A stretch of DNA of 64,000 bases, taken from assembly GCF_004010195.1 (NCBI RefSeq), contig NC_057719.1, positions 68,444,567 through 68,508,566 of the forward strand, given 5' to 3'. Origin of the DNA: Chiloscyllium plagiosum (taxonomy: Eukaryota). Under the pieces are notes generated by a model. It did not search any database. It was not told where the DNA came from and saw only the letters and a program-made list of their open reading frames with translations. The first letter of the stretch is position 1; each line of letters begins with the position of its first letter. This document shows positions 12,161-25,755 of the stretch, piece by piece. Both the position numbers and the translations under genes were made by a program.

Positions 12161-15100
12161 AAAATTACAGGCTAATGTCTTTTTAAATGGAATGCTGCAG
12201 GATAGATTTCAAATAACCGGATGTATCCTACTCTAAGTCATTAAGACAACTGGCCAAAAATTTGATTGAAATTGTCAGTTTTAATTAGCATCTGAAAAGG
12301 TCAGTTCTGCAGAAATGTTTAGCAAGGGGATTGTAGAAATAACTGCAGGCATGACCACCAATGGCGAAGTGATGAAAATCCAGCTAATTAAATTCAGTGT
12401 GTTTGAGCTCGAGATGGCATCAGCGTTCCATTCAACGTAACCTTAAGAATAAAGCCCTGGAAAGTTTCTTTTGTTGGACTATACCCAAATCGAGGAGCTG
12501 GGGATTGCAGTTGCATGGTCAGAGTACATGATTTAAGCATAGTTTAGTAAGTGAAATGCTAGAGCAAGCCTAAGAGTGTGAGGTTCATTTTAGTGATTGC
12601 TTGACAAAGTGAATACAGACAACAAAGACAAATCACAATAAAAATGACAGATCAAAATTTAAAAAAAAACACCATGATGAAAGTTCAATTGACCTCATGG
12701 CATATTTGATTGTCCATTTAGACAAAGTTTTTGTTAGAATATAACCCTTTCAAATTTTTTTCCTGGAACTGCAAAAATGCAATTGCATCGTATTATAAGA
12801 CTGAAAAATAAAAAAAAACTTCTACTGCTGAAATATTGTGAAACATCTCCTTTAAACGAAATAAAGAAACTGCAGTTCTGATCTAAAATGATACAGCTCC
12901 AGCAATGTCTGGATCAAACACTAATTTATTGGAGCTAACTATTGAACCTTTTCTTTGGCCAAATATTTGATTGTTTGACCCATTAGCAAGGCAGATTCAG
13001 ACAAAGGAAGTACAACCCGGCTGAACTCCAGTGGAATTCATGCTAACTGGCTAACCTCCCTGGCTGGTCGGGGCTGCTGCTGTGCTACACTCCTCCTCGC
13101 TGTTCTTGGCCACTTTTTGCTGCCTCATTAAGCACACATCTGAGTCTTTTGCTGCGAAATGATGTCACTGCGTACCCAAATGTGTATCTGTGTGAGTAAT
13201 GAGCTTTGGAAGACCAGAGCCAACTGTCATTGTTGATCTCACCCAGCTGAGCATTTAGTAGGAGCTAGGAATCCATTAACTGAGCTCAAAATTTCAGTTT
13301 TTAATAAGCTGCTGAATACGAGCAAAATTAGTTTCCTTTTCGAAGATGCAATTCTTTAAAGATTAATTCTTCCCATAGCCAAGTTAACAGACACATGTTT
13401 GGATTAACTATCAAACCAGTCAAAGCTTTTCACAGGATTACGATGTGGCATCTGAATCAGCTCATATGATCAGGCAAAACTCTCTGTTTAATTTTATAAC
13501 ATGAAGGAGAAATAAATTTTTGGAATCATCCCATTAGTGAATGGTTAAGTAATCAAAGCTTACAATCTGCCAGAGTTTTAGATTATGATAAATGCATTAC
13601 CAATGTGAGACTATTCATTTCAGCCCAGGCAATGTCTTGTTTATATTATATGGCTCCATTTGCTTGGAGCTCCCCTGCCTGGCAATAGACATCCAAGCAA
13701 ACTTAATTACAGCCTGCACAGTCCTCCCCACGATTAAAGTTGTTAAAGTTCAGAGCGCAGACAGCAGTGTACGCATTCTAATCATTTGCATCAACTTAGT
13801 TAAGATTACAAAATGCCCAGTGAACCCGATAAATCACCAAACCATTGCACTGGAGTCATCCTGTCGCCTTCCAAGAGCTGGGCATTTATTTTGAAGTGAA
13901 GCTGTACTGCAACCCGAACATTTCCGAGAGGTGCAACACAATAAACTTGGAAGTCACAATTAATGTGTCATATACATACGACTAAGACTTTGCTGATTCA
14001 GGCTCTGTAATTAACTTAAATTGCATTAAATTACAGAGTAATGCCACCAATCCTTTGTGCTAAGTGAAAGGTCACACTCACCATCGATGGTGTGGTTACA
14101 ACATTCTAGTCAGTCATCTGACTCAATTCCATTCCAAGCACAAGTCTCCATTGGACACAAGGAGCCCTGTATTTGTCTTCTGTCTAATTATGCTTCATTC
14201 TCTAAATAGTCTTCTAAATAAATCACAGTGAAGACATCCCACCTGTATCATCCAGTGCTGACTCCATGAGTTACACAGTCAGTGGCAGGGCATTTTGCTT
14301 CAAGTGGGTATAAAACCATTGGTGCATCTCTGGCACTCATCTATCCTTGACGGTCCGATGCCAGCTTTCTCATGTATGGGATGTATTGTTATGTCCACAT
14401 GTATCGTAGCTGTGGTCTCTGTGGCTTGATGCATAAGTGGGTCATACTATATGAAAAATGTGTTCAATAAAAACCTCCTTGTCTTCTAGGGTTCAAGGCG
14501 ACCCCAGCAGTGGAGCTCACATTTGCCTTTGGGTTAGACAATTAACCTAATTTAGCTTCAAATCATTATTTCCCACAGAACTGCAAGGGCCCTGTTTAGT
14601 CTGATGTGTGGGAACTCCCAGCATGGGTAACCACGTGTTATAGTTCCATGCCCTTGCTATCAATTGCTTTGCCAGAATGGATTCCACATCCCTATCTTTT
14701 TCCAAGAGATTTTCTTGATCTCCTGACAGAATTATGATGGGAAACACTTAATAATGAAGACTAATAATGACCCCAAGTGTATTTAGAGCCAAATCAACAG
14801 GCAAGCTCGTTTAACCTGACTACTTTTAGCGTAAATTGTTTCATACTTTCTGGGATCCTGTTCTGTATAATAGATCAGGAAATTCATTTGTAGCTTTGTG
14901 CAGTCAAAATGTATCCCTTCAGCAGGAATAAAATAGATTACTAGTTGCTACCTCAATGTGGTTTATGGGAGCTTCTGTTCTATCAGAAAGTTGGCCTGCA
15001 AGGGTTAACGCTAAAACTTTAAAACAGCTCCACCCACTGATATGTAAATGAAAATCTCTCAGAGTAGCTAGTCCATTCTCGTTCTACTAGTTTGTTGTTG

Positions 15101-15456
15101 TCCTGTTCTACAGTCTATAGCCATGTAGCATAGCTCTAGTTCTCTTAGAATGTAACAATGTTTGTAGTCCAGGAGTAATGAAGTTAACTAGTTTTACTAA
15201 TGTAATCAGTTATCTGACCACTATGTACTACTTGTTACTCAAGTATGTACATCTTCAGCAGAAGATTTATTATGGTTAAATTTTCATCACTTCATTCTAG
15301 TAAATTGTATAGACCAGAATTTTGGCAAATCTAACCAAAATAGACCCTAGTAGAACCAAATGCCAGCTGGAGGCACCAATACCTTACAACAACTTCCTTT
15401 ATGCAAATTGGTTGCCACACTTCTTACATACAAGTCTTGATTGTAAGTCAGAAAAA

Positions 15457-15879
15457 GGTGGCTCAGTGGTTACCACTACTACCTCACAGTGCCAGGGACC
15501 CAGGTTCACTTCCAGCCTCAGGCGACTGTGTGTTGTTTGCACATTCTCACCATATCTGGGTGAGTTTGCTCTGATTTCTTCCCACAATCCAAAGATGTGC
15601 AGGTTAGGTGAATTGGCCATGCTAAATTGCCCATAGTGTTCAGGGATGTGTAGATTAGATGCATTAGTCAGGGGTAAATGTAGAGAAATAGGGTTGGGGG
15701 AATGGGTCTGGGTGGGTTACTCTTTGGAGGGTTGATGTGGACTTATAGAGTCATAGAGATGTACAGCATGGAAACAGACCCTTTGATCCAAGCTGTCCAT
15801 GCCGACCAGATATCCCAACCCAATCTAGTCCCATCTGCCAGCACCCATGGCCTGTTTCCACACTGTAGGAATTCTATGA
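15457..15879 (+). mobile_element. HE1-type V-SINE with a CR1 3' fragment inserted at 15745-15846
   Basis: A box GGTGGCTCAGTGG; V-domain-like TTTGCACATTCTC..CCCACAATCCAAAGATGTGCAGG; CR1-like tail. Confidence 0.85.
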
Positions 15880-15908
15880 AAGCCTGAGCAAAGATTTTTG
15901 CACATTTC

Positions 15909-18900
15909 TGAAATATCTCCACAGAGGCTGGTATCCTGTCACCAAGTCACCGTTTGTTTATACATGGAGAGTCCTTGACACTAATCCAGCTCCCTCAGAC
16001 CCAGCTCTCAGAGTGAACAGGATGTCTGACACTCCTGTTCTCACATCTTCTGTGAGTGCAAAAGATGGGTGCAGTTTTTCTCTCATCATCCCCATGGTGA
16101 TGAGCGAAATCTATGCATGTCCAGCCACTTTGAATGGGTATCCACAATGACTAAGAGCATTGAGCCCATGAAAGGATATGCATAATTGACATGTAACTGA
16201 GTCCAATGGGGTTGACCTGGCCATTCCCACGAATGTGGGCGATCTGTGACGGTAATTTCTGTCCTTGTTGGCAATCTGGGCACTGCCCACCAATGCAGCT
16301 ATGTCTGCATTTAATCCTGGTTACCAGACATAACTACTTGCCAACATCTTCATTTTAGAAAACCCTGGATGACCCTGGAGGAGTTCCGCTAGTATCTAGC
16401 AGTGACCTTGTTCAGTACAATTGTTCTTGTTTATTATAATAATATGTCGACCTCTACTATGATCGAGTCTCTCCGGGTCCAAAGAAAGTTTTGATTCAGG
16501 TTGTGACAGCCCTTTGGTTTCCCCTATCATCACCAGCTGTTTCAGTTTTACAAGGACCAGACCTTCCTGCATCCAAAATCTGATATTGTCAGTTGTGACA
16601 GAAAGTCTGTCCAGAAAATTTAAAATCATCATGGAATTTTCCATGGCAGGACTACCAGTAGTGTATCAGCCAGTGGAAGTCAGCTCAATGGATGTGCATT
16701 TATTACTTTGCCTCCCAGACAGTGTTCCAACTTGTAATTATTCGCACTTAACATTAAAACCCAGCACTGAATTTGGCCTGAAGCTATGGGTGGTTCACTT
16801 TAAGTAGACCTAGCAAGGATTTGTGGTCCATTATTATTTCAAATTTACGTCCATAAAGGTGATAGTGGAACTTCCTGACTCCAAATATGACCGCCAACCC
16901 TTTCTTTTCTATCTGGATATCTTTATGCTCTGCAATAGCCAAAGTCTTGAATGCAAACGCTACTGGCGTTCCTCTCCATTGGGCCACGTATGAGCTAATG
17001 AGTTATGAACTTCCCTGAAGCCATTTGGGGAAGCATTGCATGTCAATATCAGACATCGTGTGAGTTCATAATGTGCCAACATCTTCGATGATGATCGCTC
17101 TTTCATCACTTCCTTGAAAGCTATGGCTTAGCTGAGCAACCATTTCTAAGGCTGACCCTTTTTTAGGAGTTGATACAAAGGTACCAAGATGGAGGCCAGG
17201 TTATGTATGATCTTTCCATTTTAATTCACCAGCCCAAGGGAAGACCTAAGCTCCAGTACAGATGTGGGAGCCAGAGCTCCTTTGCTTGTCCTCACTTTAT
17301 CTTCCAACTGGTGTAATCCAGTCTTGTTGACTCTATAGTTCAAGTAGGTCACTTGGGTTGCATGGAACACACATTTTTTCCCTTCTTAGGCAAAAGTCCA
17401 CCTTGCAGAAATGTCTAAGGATTATGTCCAAGTTATCTAAGTGCTCTTTATTGGTCCTCCCTGTTATTACCACATCATCCAGATAAATGTCAATCTGGGG
17501 AATACTTTGTAAAGTGTTCCCCATCATCTGCTGAAAACTTTCACAGGCTGACGAGACCCCAGATAGTAGTGTCATATATTGGTACAAACCCTTATAAGTA
17601 TAAATTGTAGCATACTTCTGGGAATCTTCATCTAACCACAGTTGCAAGTACACATAGCTCACGTCCAGCTTCATGAAGGTCAACACCTTTCCCAACTTTA
17701 CTATTATTCCTCTATGTGAAGGATTGGGTATTTATCCAGCTGCAAGAAGTGGTTTACTGTTTGTTTAAAATCCCCAAAAAGGTGAATCAACCGGATGAGA
17801 TTCACAATTAATATGACTGGTACTGCCCATTCCGCAAACTGGACTGATTTGATGATTCCTACACTTTCCAGCTTTCTGATTTCTGCCTCTACTTATGCCC
17901 ATAAGGCAAATAGCACTGGGTGGGCCTTGAGAATTATGGGAATACTTTTGGTCAACTTGCAAGGTGGCCTTGTCCATAGACCTTCCTGTAAAACTTCCAG
18001 GTATTTTACTTAGGGCTTCACTCAGGGAGCCAGTTTCTAACCGAGAAATGTTGAGCTAATGTCTGTGAATGTTTCTCAACCAATTTCGCTCCACCAAGCA
18101 TTGGCCCAAGCCTTTTAAATACAATTGTGGTAGTGTTACCAGCTGCTTCTCATAGCGATGGGAACTGAAGATGTACTCAATCTGTAAAGGCTCTCCTGTA
18201 TAGGTTCTCAGTCTCGATATGGAGCAAACTTAAGGGTTGGAGTCCAGAACAAATTTTGTTAAAGACTGGTTATGTGATCAGTGAAACAGCCGCGCTGATA
18301 TCGATCTCCATTAGAACCAGATAAACACTTAACCAGACCTTTATTTTGATTGGTACTGATTTGGATGTTCCTAAACAATTTAAGGGTTCCATACCAGATA
18401 TAGTGGGCTTTCCAGGGTGTGCACTCTCCAGGATTCTGGCCTTTGAGTTCTCTTGCTGAATTGAGGTCTCATGGTACTCTTGTCCTGTCTCTAGTCTGCA
18501 TGCCGGCAGCAACTATAGGCCGGGATCCTGAAAGCCGGGATCCTGAAGAAAATTTTAAACCTTCCACCGAGGCTTGGCTTTGTTTTGGGGTTTTACAGTG
18601 GGCTGACCTAGTGTCCCTCTGTTGAGGATATGTCCTGAGTGAGGCTATGCAATTGCCTTTACTCAACTGGTATTCCCCAAGCTCAGTCAGACTGGTGACG
18701 GTGTCTGCTTCCATTAGAGTACACTGCAACTCATATGCTCCACGTGACATTTTCCAGTGATAAAGCCAATTGTCGTGCCTGTTTGATGTCCAGTTGGGCT
18801 TCAGCTGGTAGGTGCTTTTGCATTTATACATCATTAATCACACATACCAAATCAGTGTCTTATTACGGGGTTAGCCCAAAGTCACATGCCTCTGCCAGTC

Positions 18901-19850
18901 ATCTTAACTTAGTCAAAAATCTCGATGTGGAGTTCCATGGTTCTCAAATTGCTGAGTAAAACCAGTAGCATCTCAGAATTAGAGGAGGCTTGGGGTTGTA
19001 ATATTCCAACTAAAGCCATCAACTCTTGGAAGGTTTTAGTATCTAGTGTTTCAGGGAGAGTAAGGCTCCTAATAACTGAAAAAGCTGTGGGTCCACAAGC
19101 TGCCAGGAGAATTATTCATTGCTTTTTATCTGACCCAATGTCATTTGCCTGGAAAATAATAATGCATTCTTTTCACATACTGGGCTCAGTCTTCGATGGC
19201 AGGATTGAATGCGTCAAGCTTCCCAATAATGGCATGATGCCAGAAGTTGTGAAACTTGTAAATCTTTTCTGAACCCTTTCAAGGATGATGCCAAGGTTAG
19301 GGGATTTGAGTTATATAGAGAAACAGAATAGGCTGAGGCTATTTTCCCTGGAGGCTGAGGGGTGAGCTAATAGAGGTTTATAAAATCATGAGGGGCATGA
19401 ATAGGGTAAATAGACAAGGTCTTTTTCCCAGGGTGGGGAAGTCCAAAACTAGAGGGCATAGGTTTAAGGTGAGAGGGGACCTAAGGTGCAACTTTTTCAC
19501 ACAGAGGCTGGTGTGTGTATGGAATGAGCTGCCAGAGGAAGTGATGGAGGCTGGTACAATTACAACACTTAAAAGGCATCTGGATGGGTACATGAATAGG
19601 AAAGTTTAAGAGGGATATGGGCCAAATACTGGCAAATGGGACTAGATTTATTTAGGATATCTGGTTGGCATGGACAAGTTGGACTAAAGGGTCTGTTTCC
19701 ATGCTGTATATCTTTATGGCTCTATAAATGCTTACCCTAACTCAAAGACAACTGTTGCAACCCATCACCAAGTCATCATTTACTTTCATGTGGAGTCTCT
19801 TTGACATTGATCCAGCTTCTTCAGAGTCAGCTCTCAGACTGAACAGGACG
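15909..19850 (-). mobile_element. Decayed Ty3/Gypsy LTR retrotransposon (gag-PR-RT-RNaseH-INT) with partial LTRs
   Basis: gag start 19235; PR MEIDISAAVSLI (~18270-18320); RT KLD..YLQL..YLDD (17333-17695); RNase H QIEKKGLAVIFGVRKFHYHLYGRKF; INT WEWP..LVIVDTHSKW; related LTR remnants 15909-16039 and 19761-19848. Confidence 0.93.
19246..19725 (+). mobile_element. CR1 3' fragment inserted in the Gypsy leader
   Basis: SKTRGHRFKVRG..FFTQR..WNELPEEV; CR1 3' UTR; internal 29-bp inversion at 19255-19283. Confidence 0.9.
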
Positions 19851-20945
19851 AGTGTGAGGGATATGGGCCAAGTGCTGGCAAGTGGGACTAGATTACGTTA
19901 GGATATCAGGTCAGCATGGACGAGTTGGACCGAAGGGTCTGTTTCCCTGCTGTACATTTCTATGACTATGACTGTACATGGGGAAAAATATGAAGTTATA
20001 TACTTTGGATGAAGAAAAGGGACAAATATTATTTTATCGGGACTGTAGAAAGCTGCAGCACAGAGGGATTTGGAGCTTCCTTATACATGAATCTCAAAAA
20101 TGCTGGCATAAAAGTTCAATGGGGAGCAGGGATACCAAATGGAATGTTGGCCATTATTTCAAAGGGAAAGGAGTATAAAAGTAGGAAGTCTTGTTAAAAC
20201 TATACAAGATGCTAATTAAAAGGCAATTGGAATATTGTCAACTGTTTTATTCCCTTAATCTTAACAAAGATATACTAGCATTGGAGTCAAAGCAGAGAAG
20301 GTTCATTTGGTTGAGTTTGGGTATGGAGGGGTTTTCTAATGAGAAGAAGTTGAGCCGGTCAGGTCTGTCCTCAGAAGAATGAATAGCAATATTATTGAAA
20401 AACATAAGATTCTCAGGGGGCTTTGAGGAGAAAGTGAGGTCTGCAGATGCTGGAGATCAGAGCTGGAAATGTGTTGCTGGAAAAGCGCAGCAGGTCAGGC
20501 AGCATCCAGGGAACAGGAGAATCGATGTTTCGGGCATAAGCCATTCCTGAAGAAGGGCTTATGCCCAAAACGTCGATTCTCCTGTTCCCTGGATGCTGCC
20601 TGACCTGCTGCGCTTTTCCAGCAACACATTTCCAGCTCTCAGGGGGCTTGACAGGGTCAATGCTGAGTGGTTGTATCCTATTCTGGGACAGTCTAGGACC
20701 AAAGGGCAAAACTGAAGATTAAGGGGTCACATCTTTAGGCAGAAGAGACCTTTCTTCTCATAGCAGGTAGTGAATCTGTGGAATCTTTTGCCATAGAAGA
20801 TTGTTGAGGCTTAGTCATTAAGTACATTAAAGGCTGACATGAACAGAGTTTTAATCAGAAAGGGACTTGGGAATTATTGGGAAAAGTGGAGTTGAGGATT
20901 ATCAGATCAGCTGTGGTCTCATTGCATAGTGGAGCTGACTCATAT
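19851..20945 (+). mobile_element. CR1 3' end (19851-19975) and an older CR1 ORF2 3' fragment
   Basis: (ATGACT)n tail; LKLYKMLIKRQLEYC..ALESKQRRF; interrupted by a PLE hairpin. Confidence 0.8.
20424..20636 (-). mobile_element. Penelope-like mini-element, inverted pseudo-LTR hairpin (family A)
   Basis: 13-bp TSD TCTCAGGGGGCTT (20411-20423, 20637-20649); same layout as 9707-9938; hammerhead motif 20547-20574 with GAAA changed to AAAA. Confidence 0.85.
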
Positions 20946-20962
20946 ACTTAGGCACCTGCAAA

Positions 20963-21093
20963 NNNNNNNNNNNNNNNNNNNNNNNNNNNNNNNNNNNNNN
21001 NNNNNNNNNNNNNNNNNNNNNNNNNNNNNNNNNNNNNNNNNNNNNNNNNNNNNNNNNNNNNNNNNNNNNNNNNNNNNNNNNNNNNNNNNNNNN
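20963..21093. other. Assembly gap (N run)
   Basis: 131 consecutive N. Confidence 1.
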
Positions 21094-21730
21094 GTCCTAA
21101 AATTCCTAATTTTAAAACAGTTCTGGACTCGTTTCCTCATTTACCTTGTGAAGACCATTATATAAACTTCAATCAAATCACCCCTTGCTCTTCTAAACTC
21201 CAGTAGAAAGAAGCTCAATCTTTCTTTATAAGACAATTGCTTGTTTCCGATATCAAGTTAATAAATTATCTTTGAAACACTGTGAATTTACATTCTTTCT
21301 TCAATAATGAGACCAAAACTTCACACAGTATTAGAGATTTGGTCTCACTAATATCCTATACACCTAAAGCATCGCATCATTAATTTTATGTTCATTTCCT
21401 CTCATCATAAAGGATAGCATCCCATTAACCTTTGTTATCATGTGCTATACCTGCATACTAACTTTTTGTGACGCATGCGATAGAACACCTAGATTGCTTT
21501 GTACTTTGGAATTCTCTGTTTAATTTTTTTAAAAGCTCATCCTGCCAAAGTGAACAACTTCACAGTATACTCCATCTGCCAAATTTTTACCCACTCACAC
21601 TGTCTATGATGGCATCATTGTTACGTCACTGTCACAGTATACTTTCCTATGCAACTTGGTGTCACCTGGAAAGTTTGTTGTCATGTCTAATCTAAGCCAT
21701 TGATATACGTTGTGAAAAATTGAGGGCCAA
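21094..21730 (-). mobile_element. Old CR1 ORF2 fragment
   Basis: Degenerate ORF2 C-terminal sequence (..CAAAACTTCACACAGTA..; LEYCVQFW-like on minus strand). Confidence 0.65.
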
Positions 21731-22039
21731 CTGGTTGGCTTTTGTGCCAGATAGTCAATGTCATTCTATGTAAAGAGTTAAAGACACTGAATGCATAGGA
21801 AAATTAATTGTTAAATATTTATTCACGAGATTTCATAGTGGAGTGCCAAAATGAAAACTGGGAAAAAATTAAGACAACTGGGAGTGAAGTTGTGAGCAGA
21901 ACAATGAATTTGAACTTTGTGTTAGTACTTTTACACATTTATTAACCAAAGTGATCATTCATGTCCTTTCTCATTTGATCACTTAACTCAGAGAAGAATG
22001 GAATTCAGACAAAGAGACTTTGATATGAAATGGAAATTG

Positions 22040-23500
22040 TAGTAATTGTAGCAATTGTAGCAAGGTCAGCCAGGTGGACAACATAGAATATGAGTTCCCT
22101 GATTGGGACTATTAATCTGGTCCAATCTGGGAGCCCTGGCTGATAGATATAAACAGGAGTGTCACCACGTGAGTGTTTTTCCTCATGTGGAAATATTGAA
22201 TAAAGTTCTTGTAAAAGAACAAAAAGATATAAATAAATGGAGATTCAAGAGGACTCATCAATCTAGGGACTGGCTTTGAGCTTGCTGGCCACAGCCAGTG
22301 TACCGTACATAACTAAATAATAGGTGACCTGGTGACAGTATACTGGCTTCTGTGCAGAAAAAGGAAGAGCAGGAGTGTCACACATCCCATTTACTCTAAA
22401 AGCTGACTCTGAGGGAGCTGGATTATTGTCAAGGACTCTTCACATGAAAGTAAAGGATGACTTGCTGATGGGATACCAGCCTCTGTGGAGTTATTTCAGT
22501 AGCGACGAGAGAAAAGCAAGCTCCTGAAGAAATTCACTTGCAACAGTTGTCTTTGAGTTAGAGTAAGCATTTATACAGTCATAGAGATATACAGCACGGA
22601 AACAAACCCTTCGGTCCAACTTATCAATGCCAACTAGATATCCTAAGTAAATCTAGTCCCATTTGCCAGCATTCGGCCTATATCCCTCTAAACCCTTCCC
22701 ATTCATACACACATCCAGATGCCTTTTAAATATTATAAATTTTATCGCCTCCACTACTTCCTCTAGCAGCTCATTCCAAGCACATAGCGCCCTCTGCATG
22801 TATAAAAATGGACTCTAGGTTCCTTTAAACCTTTCCCTTCTCACCTTAAACCTATGCCCTCTAACTTTGGACTTCCCCACCCTGGGAAAAAGACCTTGTC
22901 TATTTACACTATTCATGCCCCTCATGATTTTATAAACCTCTATTAGGTCACCCCTTAGCCTCTGGCACTCCAGGGAAAATAGCCTCAGCCTATTCAGCTT
23001 CTCTCTATAGCTCAAACCCTCTAACCCTGACATCATCCTTGAAAGGGTTCAGAAAAGATTTACAAGTTTCACAACTTCTGGCATCATGCCACTATTTGGA
23101 AGCTTGCCTCATTCAATCCTGCCATCGAAGACTGAGCCCAGTATGTGAAAATAATGCATTATTATTTTCCAGGCAAATGACATTGAGTCAGATGAAAAGC
23201 AATGAGTAATTCTCCTGACAGCTTGTGGACCCACAGCTTTTTCAGTTATTAGGAGCCTTATTCTCTCTGAGGCACCAGATACTAAAACCTATCAAGAGTT
23301 GATGGCTTTACTTGGAATATTACAACCCCAAGCCTCCTCTAGTTCTGAGATGTTACTGGTCTTACTCAGCAATTTGAGAACCATGGAACTCCACATCAAG
23401 ATTTTTGACTAAGTTAAGATGACTGGCAGAGACATGTGACTTTGGGCTAACCCCTTAATAAGACACTGAGACACTGCTTTGGTTTATGGGGGCCTATGGT
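22040..23500 (+). mobile_element. Gypsy 5' LTR, PBS, leader and gag N-terminus (inverted copy of the 15909-19850 element)
   Basis: LTR ends TATTTCA at 22498; PBS-like TAGCGACGAG (22500-22509; TGGCGACGAG would match tRNA-Ser GCU); gag ATG at 23086; CR1 insert at 22573-23075. Confidence 0.88.
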
Positions 23501-23599
23501 TAACTTTGGAATTTCTCTTTCCTTTTTATATATTTATATTAACTCATATTGCCCATCTTTTATATTATTTATTCATTTACCTTCTTCAGTTTATTTTCT

Positions 23600-25430
23600 G
23601 TGTTTTTTTTAATTCAACAATTTTTGTTTGTGTTTTAAGACTTTCCTAATCCTTTTGCTTTATTGCTAATCCATGCCACATATGTGTCTTTTTTCTTTCA
23701 ATATGGTGCTGTCCTTTTTTAGGTTTCTAAGGCCGGATTATCCATTTCCTAGAATCCTTCTTTCTGAATGGGATACATCTTTGTTACGAGTCATGAACGT
23801 CTTTCTTAAATGTGTGCAATTGTTCATCAACTGTCTTTTCTGCTAAACCTCTTTCCCAGTACAAACTCCACTATAAATCTTCCTCTTGTCTCCAAAATAT
23901 CCATTGACCATTATCTTTATTCGTTAATAATCAATCAGTTTGCTATCCATGCTACTACTTTTCCTTAAATTCCATGATCTATAACTCTCTTCATAAGTCT
24001 GTTACATGGCACTGTATCAAATGCCTTTTGGAAGTCAATATCCATAGCAATACTTCATCAACCCTCTCTGTTAACTCTTCAAAAAATTCCTACAAGTTAG
24101 TTAGATGTGAGTTTTCCTTCAGACATCTATGCTGGCTTCCTATAATTAACCCATATATGTGCATGTAACTATTATTCTATCCCAAATTGTTGTTTTAGGA
24201 AGTATCCATGCTACCAAAATTAAACTGACTGGTTTGAAATTGCTGAGCGATGTTATGGAACAGACCAGATCCCTTCAAAATATTTTAAGAAGGGAACTTA
24301 GACCATAACATTTGCTTATTTTAAAGGCAAATGTGAAGTGTTGTGTTCCAGATGTAATGTGACTAATTAAACTACTCGACATTAAGCAAAATACAATTTA
24401 TTTAAACACTTGGGTTAAAATACAACCAAAGAAAGAGGAATTTAGAGTAACTTAATTCTATTGGAAAATTTAACAGAATAATAGATACAGTAACTATTAA
24501 TAATTAACTGTTCCAATATAATATCATCCCATAAACATACTTGCTGGCAAAAAGGAAATTTTAGAAAAATGCATTTGTCTCACAGTTAAACCAGTTGTGG
24601 AGAGAAATCCCAGCTTCTAGCTGAGAGAAGGAAAAGATAGCTTCTACTCCTTCAAGCTCACAATAGCAACTGCTTAAAGCTAAGCCTGAAACTAAATAAA
24701 AACTAGAAAACCTGGTCTGTGAGAGCTGGCCACACCCAGCCAGGCTGCCTCCATTGTTCCAACTTTTAAAATTACCCAGGGCCTCACAAACTGTTTATTC
24801 TAGTGATTTTGGTGGACTGCTTGGTGTCTCCACCTAACAACATTTATTCAAAACAAACCAGGACAAAGTAACTCCTTAATGCCATAGCAACACCCTCTTT
24901 TGAACAAATGCATAATGTTTGTAATTCTGCAGACCTTTGGCACCACCTCTGAGAACTGAACTGAACTGAAAAAGCAAACCACCCAGTACCATTCACCTGA
25001 TGTCTCTCTGTAACCCTGCAGGTTACTCCTTTTACAGAAAATAATGCAATTCCTTATTGAATGCCTTCATTAAAACAACTCCATCACATTCTTTGGAACC
25101 ATATTCCAGATCTTGACCACTCACTGCATCATATAGTTTCTCCTCATTTCTTCAATGTTTCTTTTGCCAATTGTTTTAAATTGGTGTCTCCTCATTCTCA
25201 GTGTTTCTACCAATGGGAAAAATGTTTCCCTGTTCTTCTGTCCAAACTTCTGAAGATTTTGAGCAGCTCTGTTAAATCACCTCCCAGCCACTTCAAGAAA
25301 AGCAGTCCCAACTTCTCAAATCTGTTTTTATAATTGAAGTTCCTCATCCCTGGAACCATTCTTGTGAATCTTTTCTTCACTGTCTCTAACACTTTCACAT
25401 CTGCTGGAAAGGGTGGTACCCAGAATTACT
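23600..25430 (-). mobile_element. Old CR1 fragments, interrupted by a solo LTR
   Basis: CAAATGCCTTTTGGAAGTC (DFQKAF on minus); KVLETVKKRFTRMVPGMRNFNYKNRFEKLGL. Confidence 0.7.
24251..24892. mobile_element. Putative solo LTR
   Basis: TGTT..AACA termini; interrupts CR1 sequence that resumes at ~24893; non-coding. Confidence 0.5.
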
Positions 25431-25755
25431 TATTTTTATTCATTGACGGGACATGGGTGTCTCTGGCTAGGCCAGCATTTATTGAGCATCCCTAATTGCC
25501 TAGAGGGCAGTTGAGAGTCAACCACATTGCTGTGGTTCTGGAGTCACATGGAGGCCAGACCAGATAAGGGTGGGAGTTTCCTTCCTTAAAGGAACATTAG
25601 TGAATTGACAATGGCTTCATGGTCATCTTAATTTCAGATTTTTATGAAATTCAAATTCCACCATCTGCTGAGGCAGGTTCAACCCAGGCCCCCAGAATAT
25701 ACCTGGGTTTCTGGATTAACAGCCCAGTGATAGTACCACTGGGGTTGTCACCTCC
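25430..25755 (-). mobile_element. tRNA-derived SINE (family B)
   Basis: Colinear with the 7365-7705 copy. Confidence 0.8.

Noticed and set aside
13000-13195. Possible exon (CAG..GTGAGT)
   Set aside because: Stops in all three + frames and a poor polypyrimidine tract; a non-coding exon cannot be excluded
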